Source of the DNA: Eledone cirrhosa
Lineage: Eukaryota
DNA: 64,000 nt
Direction of reading: 5' to 3'
NCBI GenBank assembly: GCA_964016885.1
Contig: OZ024740.1
Location: 368,962,001-369,026,000, forward strand
The stretch's first letter is position 1. The number at the start of each line of letters is the position of its first letter. Shown in pieces: positions 13,596 to 26,720 of the stretch. Both the position numbers and the translations under genes were made by a program. The notes under the pieces were generated by a model. It worked only from the letters and a program-made list of their open reading frames with translations, ran no database searches and was not told where the DNA came from.

Positions 13596-14087
13596 GTAAA
13601 AAGGAATGTGGGTATGGTATATCTTATTAATTATATCTAATGTTTCTTCTCTCTTCATAATGTATTATATAGCTCTGATACTGAATCAATCTAATCCATT
13701 CGGATAATTGCGTCCCAGTTATTCATAGAGAAACATCGGTTGAGGTTGGCACCACTAATTCAAGGATATATGTGGATATATTCATGTATATGTATGTGCC
13801 CGCATGTATCTGTGTGTTTCTGTATATTGTTTATAACTCCCTTTGGTAGAGTAACCATTGAAGTGTAGTGACTGATGGAAAGCTATCATTATTCATAGTT
13901 CTTGCCACCTTAGCCACCTCTTCTACGGCTTTGATATAAGTACCCCCTCCGCCTCCGTGGTATTTTTTCCCATGGTTGTAAGAGGCTTAGCTCTGTTGAT
14001 CGCTGTATCACATGATTGACTCCCCCTCCGCCTCTCGGGATTCTATCTCGCGTCCTACGGACGTGTTTTGAAACTCTTTATGAGGTA

Positions 14088-14180
14088 TCCTCTTGATAAG
14101 TCGGCAGACCTCACAAAAATTCTATATCCCTGTGATGTAGTGTTTTTTCATAATATGCCACGAAACTACGTAGTCGAGGA
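14088..14180 (+). ncRNA. Type I hammerhead with U3-A8 core (family F), copy 2
   Basis: tcctc TTGATAA gtcggca...tgccac GAAA ctacgtag TC gagga; GUC at 14173-14175. Confidence 0.8.
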
Positions 14181-14251
14181 GTAACGAAGGAATTTGGGTA
14201 TGGTATATCTTATTATTAATTATATCTAATGTTTCTTCTCTCTTTATAATG

Positions 14252-14290
<39 letters not shown>

Positions 14291-15139
14291 CACAGTTGTA
14301 TCTATATGTGTGTGTGTGTCTGTGCCTATGTGTCAGAGGGAAGACTATATTAGAAAGAAAAACTAAATATATACTGAAATTATAATTATGTTGATAGGTA
14401 AACCTAGTTGAAATGATCAACAGTGCTACGATATTTATTTAAAGCTTGATATTTGCAGCTTGTCGACTAGTTTTAGACATGTAGATGGTTAACAATTGAA
14501 GAGACGTTACGAGGTAATTAATTCTGACGCTATTTTGAATGGGAGCATCAATCTAATCTCACAAATCAGAAAGAAATGAAAAAATCAACGAATACAATAA
14601 CGTATTTTGTACTTGTACATAAAAAATTCATAGTTACGTATTAATTATTCCCTAACCATCCATACACTAATTCAACTTAACTTTATATTTTTTTTAGTAT
14701 AACGTTCAACATTGCGTTATATTAATATAAGATTGCCGTTCTTACTATACGTTTACGTAAAGGCATTTCTTTTTTTGAATTAGACACTACACAAGATTGG
14801 AAATCCCTTTTTAAATTTATGGTATTGCTTCATTTTATGGTGCTGATAATGCATTAATAACAATCCGGTTCGTTCCAAGGTTTTTATTCAGGAGCATATT
14901 AATATCTAAGCTGAAATATTTTATGGCAATTATAATGCATCATATTATTGAAAGAGAACGTAAAGTTCATTGCTTAATAACCAACAAGAATATGGCCTGA
15001 ATATTTATCTTTCCGTTTAAATATTATTATTCTAATTTAATATAATTTAAAGAGATATTATCCTCCCTACGTTTGCCAAATAACCGATCATCATTGAACA
15101 GAAAGTTCACGTATGTTTATGAATAGAAAGTGTACATAT

Positions 15140-15205
<66 letters not shown>

Positions 15206-15209
<4 letters not shown>

Positions 15210-15360
15210 AGGATAAAAAGGACGATTGATTATTCCTTCATTGCATTTATTGATAGGTGACGCGCGTTTCGCCACTGATCAGCTCAAGGTTCGATCTATA
15301 TCGATCCTACCCGACTCAATAATCGGCAGCTCGACGGACCCTCTTAAAATGGTATAAGAA
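15206..15360 (-). mobile_element. PLE-type terminal fragment with the 3' half of a hammerhead (family G)
   Basis: Minus strand ..gatcgatatagatcgaaccttgagctgatcagtggc GAAA cgcgcg TC acct..aataaa. Related to 25460-25560, 26070-26270 and 55001-55095; the 5' core is missing. Confidence 0.6.
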
Positions 15361-15469
15361 AATATATATTCATATATACATGTGTGTGTGTGTATGTGTG
15401 TGTGTATAAATATGTATATATATATACTTATATATATGTATGTACGTATATATATATATATACACACAT

Positions 15470-15667
15470 AGATCCCAAATCAAAATACGGGAATGCAGGA
15501 AAATACCACTGAGTGAACACATTGATACCTGTGCCGCCCAAAATCATCCCAACTTCAGAATCTTTCCCCTCTACAAATTTAAAGATAATGCCTCCCACAC
15601 CCAGCGCATCAGCAAGGAATCTTACTTCATTAACAAATACGGACCCCGTCTAAACACTTCTCCCTAA
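15470..15667 (+). pseudogene. C-terminal fragment of a Penelope-like GIY-YIG endonuclease
   Basis: IPLSEHIDTC..FRIFPLYK..QRISKESYFINKYGPRLN* is the typical R..KE..FI....P.LN end of a PLE endonuclease. Confidence 0.75.
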
Positions 15668-15815
15668 GACGAACCCACAACATACACACGTCAACATACA
15701 TACCTACATCAGCACACATCTCTACCCACATATAAACACAATGACATACGTAAACACACATGCTCTATGGTGCAACACAAAAAAATATATGTGCATATAT
15801 ATATGTATATGTATG

Positions 15816-15867
<52 letters not shown>

Positions 15868-16860
15868 ATATATGTATGTGTATATATATATAGTGAATAT
15901 CATTTCACACCTTTTATTGTTAAGATTTTTGATGTTCTATTAAGAGAACCGATTTTACTGAAAAAATCGAATAATGTACACCATTTTACCAGGGGGAAAA
16001 AAATACTGGTCCCCCTCCCCACACACACACACATTTATGCATGTGTTCTTCTTGTCCAAAATCGTGATCGGGCCAACAAGACGATAAATTGGAACTTCAC
16101 AATGCAAACTGCAAAGCAGGATCTCGTTTTAATTTATTCACTGATATTTCACAGACAGACACTTCAAAAACGATTGCAATCATTTGTAAATATGTTCACA
16201 GATATCTACACAAATGCGCCGTAAAGATCCTGGAACAAAATTACCTGCAAACACTCTTGAAATATAAAAAAGCCTTATAACGAAAATGAAAAGTAAACAA
16301 AGGCCAGTAGTACTATCCATATTTGCCAGCTATAGCATTTTTCGAAACCATAAAAAAAATGGAATCTATAAAGCTGCAAAGCGACATCATTACTAGCCAT
16401 TGGGGTAAAGACATTTAAATTCAAAGGTTTCTTCATATTCACCGAAAAGCCCGATGTCACTAACTCTTTCATTTAAATAAAATGAGATTCTATTTGAACC
16501 ATGGGTGTTAAATTATAGAGATTCTACTGCTCTGATTTCAGCGTTTCTGATATGGTTGACATCAACATAAGATATGACATAACGTTCGACATGCATGCCA
16601 TTCTAATTAATAAACAAAATTAAAGATAAGTCTGCAGTTAGCAACGGTACGCATTTCATACATCAGGACATGATTGAGCAGAGCTTCATGTCGAGGAATC
16701 TATGCAATATTGTACTGTTGTGTAAGGTACTACATTGGATTTAGAATGTTTATGTAACTAATCACCAGCATGATGTGATAAAAGGCATAAGGTCAAGCTC
16801 AGTAAACGTAATTTGTGTTGTGTCAAAAATAACTGTGTTACGTACTTCCCTTTTCACTAT

Positions 16861-17260
16861 TTACATTAATGGCATCACAGGCCGCAATATATGATTTAAT
16901 TCGGATGATTCTAAGCTTCATAAAGTCATCAACCGGAAGTGAGATATAACGAGTTTTAAAACCGATCTACTCATTAATATCTAATAGGTAAAAACAACAA
17001 CATATAAATCAATGTCATAGTAAATGCGATCACATTACAGATAATTAATTTTGAAAGCAGGATCTATTTACAATATCTTATCTTACTTCAGGCAAGAAAC
17101 CTATGGTATCCAACTACAATAGATACATTAGATCGAGTAATGAGCACAACTGGATTATCCACATGCGCAGCATTGTTGACATGATCCCGAGTATTTATTC
17201 TTGGAAGCTTAGAACTTTCGATTCTGTGGATAAGTAGAGTAATATCCACCTCTTTTCCCT
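16861..17260 (+). mobile_element. Highly decayed CR1/L2-like LINE RT relic
   Basis: YINGI..FNSDDSKLHKVI...DI..FKTDL....NNI resembles YINDI..FADDTKL...D...LQ.DL...W...NNM, with many stops. Confidence 0.5.
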
Positions 17261-17830
17261 AATTTCCCGATTTCTTTCTCAATTTCGACTCACCTAACAT
17301 GAAAAAGAGATGGATAGCACGATAGACCTTGATATTGGGGCTGAGTGAAATGTATATTCTCTAAGACGCAGCAATTAGCACTACATCATTTATATAATGG
17401 TGAAAATATTCCATCAATGTTGAATGAACTTAATATCCAGCCAATGCTTTATACTCGTGCTATCTACCCATTAACGCAAGTGAGCCCGCTTTACACAACA
17501 AATATTTCATCTCAAATTACATTTTATTCATTTCTAAACACATAGCCCATGATATCCAACGAATCCCTTGTCAAATTCTTCTAGGATATCTCAAATAAAT
17601 CAGCGACACGGATATAAGCTTTCGACAACAACTATTCTTTATTTGCATGAAAAATGGTGACCAAATTATGAGAGAAGTCTGAAGAATAATGGGAAACATC
17701 TACTAAATGATTCTATGGAGTTAGACGTGGCCAAGAAAAATACTGGCCAAAAGCTATCAAATTCACACACGCACGCACACATACACACACACGCACACAT
17801 ACACACGCACACGCACACACACATACACAT

Positions 17831-17869
<39 letters not shown>

Positions 17870-17892
17870 AGCAACTAAAACTGTTTTTATGT

Positions 17893-18320
17893 TTATGACT
17901 TTGGTATGCCTTGTATTTTTAACACTAGATTTCTTGACCTTGCATTATTTCGATGTTCAAATATCCACAACCATTGCCATTCCCAAGGTTATGTTTACCA
18001 TTAGTGACCGGTATGGAGAAATTACTGCCTATAAATGCAGCTTTAATATGAGCAGACATGTCATCAGGCCCTTCACATGAGTGCCGGAATGAAATATTCT
18101 CAGGTACAATAACATATAAGGATATGTCCATATCAACCCACACATCAGAGTCCAGAATCCAATGTTGGCAGAGGAATGTTTGAAAAGAATATGAAGTAGC
18201 CAATGCTTTAAATTGCAAATCTCTGGCATAGAGATTTCCACTTCATTTTGTATCAGAAGATATCCCCCGCTTTTTTGGTGAAATGGAAATAAAGTTTTGT
18301 TACCACCCATGCAATAACAT
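17893..18320 (-). pseudogene. yjbQ: Intronless frameshifted UPF0047/YjbQ-family retrocopy
   Basis: Across frames: W.QNFISISPKKRG..LLIQNEVEISMPEI..LLHILFKHSSA..DSDVWVDM..IVPENISFRHSCEGPDDMSAHIKAAFIGSNFSIPVTNGKHNLG.WQWLWIFEHRNNARSRNLVLKIQG. This spans essentially the whole family including its signature region. Flanked by (TA)n. Confidence 0.88.
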
Positions 18321-18961
18321 TTTTTCTTCGTTCAATATATATATATATATACACGCAAATACACACACACGCACACATACACACATAGACACATACACAC
18401 ACAACCATATAATACACCCCACCACCCCACCCCACACACACACATACACACAAATATATATATATATGGCACCAACCATATTCACTGAACCAGAACAATT
18501 TCTCCCATCCCATTTTTCTTGACCATTATCCTTTGTTTGGCAAACAATTCTCTAAAAGGCTACAAAATAAATTCCCAAATACGGGCGCGATTTTGGTGTA
18601 CTTGTTCGCGTGACAGTGATAATTTCATTTATAACCGATCAAGATACATGTATCAAAAAAAGCCTTCGTGAGCCAATTTTTTTAATTAAAATGAAATTCA
18701 AACACAAACTGGCGCGAAAGCTGATGTGCTTATTCACGTGACTGCATCAACCAAACATGACTCATATATGAAAAAAAACAACCTGAGCCCCCCCCCCCCC
18801 TGTTTGAAGGCAAATATAATAAGACTGTGTTACACGAACTGGCGCGAACTGTATTATACTTATTCAGTAACCAACCAAATTAGTTCTCTAAAAACCTGGC
18901 ATTTTGAGCCACTTTTTTCCATATGAAACAGACGTAACATTTAAAGACCAACCCGATGTGA

Positions 18962-19092
18962 GAGAAACCACAAACTCTCCATCTCATTTCTAATTTTGAA
19001 ATACAGAAGAACTGCGAAATCGGTAAAGAAACCAAATAAATATATATTTAAAAAAACAACAACTCCAGTTGCATTTTCGATTTCATCTTTTT
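18962..19092 (+). repeat. Unclassified dispersed repeat (second copy at about 36499-36620)
   Basis: Shared gagaaacc..ctccatctca.ttcta.ttttg..aaataaatat..actccagttgcatttt.gatttc. Confidence 0.6.
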
Positions 19093-19093
19093 T

Positions 19094-19163
<70 letters not shown>

Positions 19164-19172
19164 TATTATTAT

Positions 19173-19290
19173 TTGAGTTCAAATCCCGCAGAGGTTAACT
19201 TTGCCTTTCACCTTACGGGGTCGATAAAATAAAGTATCAGTAATGTACTGGATAATTGATGGCTTTGTGCCAAAAGTAGAAACAATTATT
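19173..19290 (+). mobile_element. tRNA-derived SINE, 5'-truncated
   Basis: Runs from the B-box gagttcaaatcc through ..tagaaacaatt to an (att)n tail. Confidence 0.85.
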
Positions 19291-19298
19291 ATTATTAT

Positions 19299-19376
<78 letters not shown>

Positions 19377-19465
19377 AATGATTTATATAGTTTGTTAATT
19401 ATTCAACAAAGTTAATTTTGCAACAGATTAGAAGCACTCTACGGTGTTTATCTGGAGTATCATTA

Positions 19466-19793
19466 ATATTAAGAATATTAATAAATGGAAAATATCTTTA
19501 TAAAACCATATTTATTTCATGGGTACTAATATTTAAGTACGCTTTCGTCAGATAACATAATATTTGGTGTTAAGATAGTGACATATCTCCAATTGAATTC
19601 AACGTGCTTATACCATTAGGTTCACATGGCATAAACCCTATGGTATAAGACCATGAAGTATATCACCATCTTAACACCAAATATTACATTTTCTCTGACG
19701 AATGCGTACTTAAATGTTAGTAACTTTGAAATACGTATAAACATATAAATATGGTTTTATAAATATATTTTCCATTTACTAATGTTCTTAATA

Positions 19794-19794
<1 letters not shown>
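19466..19794. mobile_element. Palindromic non-coding element with hammerhead arms (family H); hammerhead on + at 19688-19746
   Basis: Arms are reverse complements. The + arm reads CTGACGA atgcgtacttaaatgttagtaacttt GAAA tacgta TA a. Related to 48882-49212. Confidence 0.75.
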
Positions 19795-19847
<53 letters not shown>

Positions 19848-19854
19848 CATATTT

Positions 19855-19943
<89 letters not shown>

Positions 19944-20192
19944 CGGGCGCGCGTGTGTGTGTGTGTTTGTGTGTGTTTGTATTATATGAATAACAACTCA
20001 ATACAAATGCTTCAAACTTCAACCACCATCGGACAGAGAAACTCTCTCTAATAGTTTAGTACAAAACTAGCAGAAATATGATACATTTTATATGTCCTAT
20101 GCTGTAGCATGCAATTGTGTAGAGATTGTATTCATATAACACATTTTGGCTCGTTACATTATATTCAGCGTTTTTTCCTTGACCTATTTCTT

Positions 20193-20309
<117 letters not shown>

Positions 20310-20558
20310 TAATTTCTTTAGTTAATCAATTTAAACATCAGTATAGAACATGTAGGTCAGAACAGACTAAAGAACTATCTAATGCTTCTTAGAGATAAGA
20401 CACTAAAGCAAAATATACAGATATAAGTGAATATAAAATTAAATATTATAATTTAACATAAAATAACTTAATAACACAAATATTTCCAATACATATACGT
20501 ATATGAAAGGAAACTTTATAAACAACTCAATGTAGGAGGTGCTATTATTTAGTCTAAA

Positions 20559-20735
20559 GGGCGGTGGATTGGCAGTATCGGTAGTGGGTCGGACACCATG
20601 CTTTGCAGCAAAGTGTTACGTCCCTTTATGGTCTGAGTTCAAATCCAGCCGAGGTTAACTTTGCCTTTCGATAGAATAAAGTACCAGTAACGTACTGCGT
20701 AATTGCTGGCCTTGTACCAAAAGTAGAAACAATAA
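20559..20735 (+). mobile_element. tRNA-derived SINE, near full length
   Basis: A-box-like tggcagtatcgg and B-box gagttcaaatcc; TSD atttagtctaa on both sides. Confidence 0.9.
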
Positions 20736-22854
20736 TTTAGTCTAAGATATCTTCAATATAAGAAGGAATTAACACTTGAATAATATACTTTACAAAGCTA
20801 GTAATATTTAAATTGAAAGATAGATCCCAAAAATGTTATCATGAATATATTATTTCACTCACAACATACTACAGCTCTTAAGAAGTTGGTAGACATTGCC
20901 CACGTATTGCCCACGTAGAAATAACATTTATTGTTTTTTATATTATGGATTCTATGCACAAACCTCGAATTTTGGAGAAGGTGAGATAAGGCATATCATC
21001 CCTCCTCCACACCCCACTAAAGTTTGAAATGTAACACTAAATTGATCGGGATTTGAACACTGAACCAAATACTGAAGAGAACTTTGCTCTACATTCTAGC
21101 AATTCTACCAAATTACTGTCATATATTTTGTTATATATTGCATATCATATATCAATTTATCTCCTCGTGATTATCTGCATGTTGTACTTAAAAAGCTGTC
21201 TGTATATCTGTAAGGATGTAGATAATCTTGTGTATATATGTATATATAACCGGTTTAGAATTTTGTCAAGAATGAATTAATACAAGGAAAGTATGGTGCG
21301 AATTACTGAATAGAAACAAGATTATACCATCTTCATTAATTGGATTTTTCTGGCCACACCTGCCATCAAGCAATCCGATGCACCTCAACATAATTTATAA
21401 ATAGCATACCGGCTTATGTTGTTAGTATTATAATTACCTGCCAGATAGTTCTAATTATCACCATCGTAACGTTTTAACGGGGAAAGGTATTACTTTCGCT
21501 ATGACATTCTCTCAGACACAACCACCCCCATACGCTCACACACCATCAATTATACACGTACAAACACATATAAACACACATACATATACGCATACACGAG
21601 CACATACACTCAAGAACAGAACACCTACACACATAAACAGGCATAAAAACAAACACATTTCACGCTCTCTTTCACACTGACTTTCTTATATTCACCTTGA
21701 TATTATGGTAATGTTGTGATAAATCGTTCAGAAGCTGGTTATTAACAATAACAATTTTACCATTGTAATCACTCAAAATATCTGCACATTAACTGAATTC
21801 TAATCATACACAGCAACATCAACATCATAATCACCAACTTCATCATCATCATAATCATCAGAAAGAGCATCATCAACATCATGAAGTTGATAATAATTAT
21901 CATGGTCGTCTTAGCCATCATCATCCTGCTCATTGTTATATTTGTTGATGTGATATTATTCATGAAAATCGTCCTCATTATTAAGCTTCAAACTAATTTA
22001 GGGAGCATCGCCATATTTGGACAATATGCATTAGCTTCAAACATCGTTATTTCAAATATCTTTTTCTGGTTCAGAATGTATGGCGCTGATGTCAGTTTTT
22101 AGGGAAGTTTCAACTTCAATTGTTTATGCAGAGCTTAATTGGTTTGTTTGTTAGGGCATTCTTTATGTCTTAATTTAATTAATATAAGATTGTTTACCTC
22201 ATGATGATATCAGCCAGTAATTAGTAATTACATGTCTTAACAGATAGCTATCCTTTGTTTAAAATGCGCTTGATTGAACGAATAAAGAGCATACTGCTTG
22301 AATCAACCTTGTTAGGAGGCACATATTAAGAGCAAGCCCCCCCCCCCCTCTCTGTATATATATATATATATATAATAGTGCATGTGTCCATAGAAAAAGA
22401 ATCGACAAGAAAAAATATGTGGTTCAATACGTAGGCATTGTTTAATTATTAATCCTATACACGAAAACTACTAATAGATAACTGAAATAAGTCAGATAAT
22501 TTCACTATGTACTACATACATTAATGAATATAAAGTCTTGATATTTTTATGGGAAAAGGATGCCTTACGGCCAATCCTAAAATCTGTGCAAGGGAAGAGG
22601 GCAATAGAAATCATATGAATTGATTCCTATTTCAGCTAATTCGGGGACAATTGGGTTATGTATAAAAAATGCAGGTGTCTGAGTCTGATGGGCAATGGAT
22701 TTCATTAGCATAACGAATTTCAGTTCGTATTATATGCAATTCCCATTTGTGTAGCTAGAGAATCAACGAAGTCGTATGGGAACGACCGAATTTCGGCGCC
22801 AAAGGAACTCTCTCCTCCCATTGGTCAGAGTTCCTTTGACGACATAATTCGTTT

Positions 22855-23165
22855 GTTCCTCAGAGAAATAACAACCCAAGCAGGAACTAGGCATATCGGA
22901 GTATTGACAGAGTTAAACACCTCAACAACATGTGTACCTGCCTCTACCACACCAATTCGGACTGCCTGAAGAGATCACAGCCAAGGATGGCTGTGACCGA
23001 AATATATATAGCAGTACACCTTTAATAAACGAAGCCACATTTTAAATATTTGACTTAATTATTTTATTTTACATTACTCCGGAGTAACCAAACCAAACTA
23101 CATACTTCGTCGAGTGCTCCCATCTGCAGACTGAGATGTCGGTAAACAACCAACATATAATCAAA

Positions 23166-23167
<2 letters not shown>
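22855..23167 (+). mobile_element. PLE-type terminal fragment, family C, with a canonical hammerhead at 22961-23015
   Basis: actgc CTGAAGA gatcacagcca agga tggctgtgacc GAAA tatata TA gcagt, followed by aataaa; reverse-complement match to 7182-7497. Confidence 0.88.
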
Positions 23168-23233
<66 letters not shown>

Positions 23234-23264
23234 ATATATATATAGAAACAATTATTATATATAT

Positions 23265-24155
23265 AATAATTGTTTCTACTTATGGCACAAGACCAGCAAT
23301 TACCCAGTACATTACTCGTATTTATTTTAGCGACCCCGTAAGGATGAAAGACAAAGTTATCCTCGGCGGGATTTGAACTCAGAAGGGCAAGGGCCGTAAC
23401 TGTACAAGGTCAGCAATTACCGAGTGTATTACTGGTACTTTATTTTACTGACCCCATAAGGATGAAAGGCAAAGTTATCCTCGGCGGGATTTGCACTCAG
23501 AATGGCAAGGGACCTAAACTCTATGCGTCAAAGCATGGCGTCCGACGCTCTGCCAATACTGCCATTCCACCGAACTATATATATATAATAATTGTTTCTA
23601 CGTTTGGCACAAGGCCAGTAATTATCCCAGTGTACTTTATTTAAACGACCCCGTAAGGATGAAAGGGAAAGTTAACCTCGGCGGGATTTGCACTTGGAAT
23701 GGCCGGGGCCGTAACTCATGCTTGGCGTCCGACCCTCTACCGATACTGCCAATCCACTGCCCCTATATATAATTATTGTTTCTACATTTAGCACAAGGCA
23801 AACAATTACCCAGTGCATTACTGGTACTTTATTTTATCGACCCCGTAAGGATGAAAGGCAAAGTTAACCTCGGAGGGATTTGAACTCACTCCGTAAATGG
23901 ACGTAACTATGATGCAAAGCATAGCGCCCGACCCTTTACCGATACTGCCAATCCACCTATATTATAATTGTTTCTACTTTTGGCACAAGGCCAGCAATTA
24001 CTATGTGCATTACTGGTACTTTATTTAATCGACCCCGTAAGGATGAAAGGCAAAGTTAACCTCGGCAGGATTTGAACTCAGAATGGCAAGGGCCGTAACT
24101 CTATGCGTCAAAGCATCGCGTCCGACCCTCTACCGATACTGCAAATCTACCTATA
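23265..24155 (-). mobile_element. Head-to-tail array of five tRNA-derived SINE copies
   Basis: Units start at about 23265, 23404, 23586, 23772 and 23964; each contains gacccc.taaggatgaaag..aaagtta.cctcgg and most are joined by tata linkers. Confidence 0.9.
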
Positions 24156-24169
24156 TAATAAGGAGAAAG

Positions 24170-24498
24170 CACCTTCTTCAAGACCCTGGCTGTCAAATTC
24201 TTTCACATGTGTGTAGTAGTGGCGCCCACACACATTATTAGCTATTTGAAAAGATGATGGATTTCGCAACTAACTGCACCGGGGTTCCTCTTCCTCAGGG
24301 AAGCACACTATATGGTATACCTGTTGATATAGGTCCAGCCCCTGCTTTCCCGGTTCCTGTTTCTGATCATAATGATCTCTAGGGATACGAGAATCAGTAG
24401 ACAGGACCTGGGGGCAGCGACGGGGGACGGGGAATTCTGGGGCATGTGAGTGAGATCCATCATCTCGACAGTAGTCGAAGAATGATGATGATGATGAT
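24170..24498 (+). mobile_element. RTE-type LINE 3' end with (TGA)n tail
   Basis: SRDTRISRQDLGAA.GD.EFW..VRSIISTVVEE* followed by (tga)n. Confidence 0.55.
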
Positions 24499-24500
24499 AT

Positions 24501-24688
24501 AATAATTGTTTCTACATTTGGCACAAGGCCAGCAAATAGCCAGTACATTACTGGTACTTTATTTTATCGACCCCGTATGGATGAAAGGCAAAGTTAACCT
24601 CGGCGGGATTTGAACACAGATCTTAAAGGGACGTAACTATGCTGGAAAGCATGGCGTCCGACTCTCTACCTATACTGCCAATCCACTA
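24501..24688 (-). mobile_element. tRNA-derived SINE
   Basis: Full-length match to the family seen elsewhere in the window. Confidence 0.9.
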
Positions 24689-25427
24689 ACAGCCGATCAT
24701 ATTCTGTTATGATAAATTCTGAAATTTTAAATAAAAGAAATATATATATATCGACCAAAAATGCAAGACATGGATAAAAGAACATAAACATATTTCTGAA
24801 GCATTCAAATTTGTTTTCGCTAAGCCTGGGGTTATTGGAAGACACTCATCACAAAGGAAAACAGTTATTTCTGTGCATCACAATGTTTGCCTGGAGGAAC
24901 AAGATATTTTGCGAAGCTAGCTATAACGTTTCAATAGTTCAAATCAACACAACTAGTACATGTTTACAACACGTGTAAGTGAATCTGTTTATAGTATTGA
25001 CACGAAAGGAATAGTTGTATAGTCAGCGGTTACTACATAATATATCATATGTTTCGATAGTATCTGATTCTAACAAATATAAGAACATATAGTCACAGAC
25101 ATCTGACTGTGCATTTAGCAAATTTCACAGGTAAATCCATGTAGCTTGGTATCTAGATAGATTTGAACGCAAACTACATGCCCATGTATCTCACTCTTGT
25201 AATCTTACCTACAACCTCACTAACTCTCTCTTTCGTTCTTACTCTCTCGCTCTCACTCTCTCTGAGCAGGCAATGCGTAATGTCCTTCAGCAATACATTT
25301 TATTTCATGTTGCTCTTTCTACGTAGATTTGCGACTCTTAGATAGTATTAACAATTGAATAGACCAGTGGAAACATTGTCTCCTCGGTTTGATTTCACGA
25401 AAGTCGGTCGAGTGTCAATATATAATA

Positions 25428-25745
25428 TGTAGGGAACAGGGGGTTAGAGTACCATCATTAGTTTATTCAGGTTGACGTGCGTTTCGCAATTGTTCAGCTC
25501 AAGGTTAGATCTGAATTGATATGGCCAGACTCTGTAATCAAAGGCATGTCAGAGCCTTGGGTTATTAATGATGGGAGACATCCAAATGCGGCTATTTTGC
25601 CGCATTAACGAACCGAGACTGTGATGATTGTTTGGTTACAGAGTAGAGTTACATCGATACAGAACCAAACTTGTGTTGATCAATAGCAAAATGCGCGTCA
25701 CACCTGAATAAAGTAATGATGATACACAGATACCTCGTTCCTACT
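25428..25745. mobile_element. Old, diverged palindromic element of hammerhead family G
   Basis: taggga..catcatta.tttattcagg.tgacg.gc at the left mirrors gcgcgtcacacctgaataaagtaatgatg..ttccta at the right. Confidence 0.6.
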
Positions 25746-25871
25746 TCTTCTAAAATCACACATTGGATATGAAGGAAACCTACCATAGATTGACACGAAT
25801 ATGTACGACTAGGCTACATCAGACCCCACTGCGCATTAAGTATTCAAGTGAACCACAAATCACATAATAGC

Positions 25872-25978
<107 letters not shown>

Positions 25979-26019
25979 ATTGGTGTGCGATGCTTAATGC
26001 TCTTACAGAGCAGAGTATA

Positions 26020-26320
26020 ATATCACATAAGAAACGTAGAATCAGTGGTGCGACGAATTAAAATTTATTAGACATATTACAATCGTTTCTCTGGCGAACA
26101 GCTCGAGGCACGATCGATGCGATGATCGAACCTGACTCTGAAATCAGAAGATCCTCAGATTCATCTGGACCGAGACGTATCTGAGGATCTTGTGATTTCA
26201 GAGTCAGGTTCGATCATGGCATCGATCCTGCCTCGAGCTGTTCGCCAGAGAAACGATTGTAATATGTCTAATACATTTTAATTCGTCGCACCACTGATTT
26301 CCCGTTTCTTATGTGATATA
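26020..26320. mobile_element. Young palindromic element (~140-bp arms) with hammerhead on + at 26173-26269
   Basis: agacgtat CTGAGGA tct..(~55 nt)..aga GAAA cgattg TA atatgtct, with an 8-bp stem I. The inverted arm stops inside stem I. Confidence 0.85.
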
Positions 26321-26532
26321 TATATATATATATAACGAAACGATCGTATGGAAATTGAGATTTATTTAATTATGTCTCATATAAAATAATACAGCCGACT
26401 ATCCACATAATACAATATAGTGAGCACCCCAAACGTATTATTGGGAATATACATAGGTATGTCCTAATGTTTGTTGAGTGAGATGGCAGTTGGTCGGAGT
26501 ATCGCTAATGGCTTTCTCTGTTAATGTATTAA

Positions 26533-26627
<95 letters not shown>

Positions 26628-26720
26628 AGTAGTTCCTGTTTGTTTGTTTGTTCACGAACTTCTCGTATGGTTTTGGAGATAGACTCCCATAACTGAAACT
26701 ACATTGCCCATGGTACTTGG

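Larger units (their letters stand above)
13317..14260 (+). mobile_element. Non-coding LTR-like (retrozyme-like) element: two ~355-bp direct repeats, each with a U3-A8 hammerhead
   Basis: 13317-13671 is nearly identical to 13906-14260; the element ends in (TA)n. Confidence 0.8.

Noticed and set aside
21769-22102. Met-rich and Ile-rich hydrophobic ORFs
   Set aside because: Degenerate (CAT/ATC)n repeat, not a gene.
23265-24155. Regularly spaced repeats resembling a CRISPR array or tRNA cluster
   Set aside because: The units are ~140-190-bp SINE copies without unique spacers or a full cloverleaf; eukaryotic context and no cas genes.
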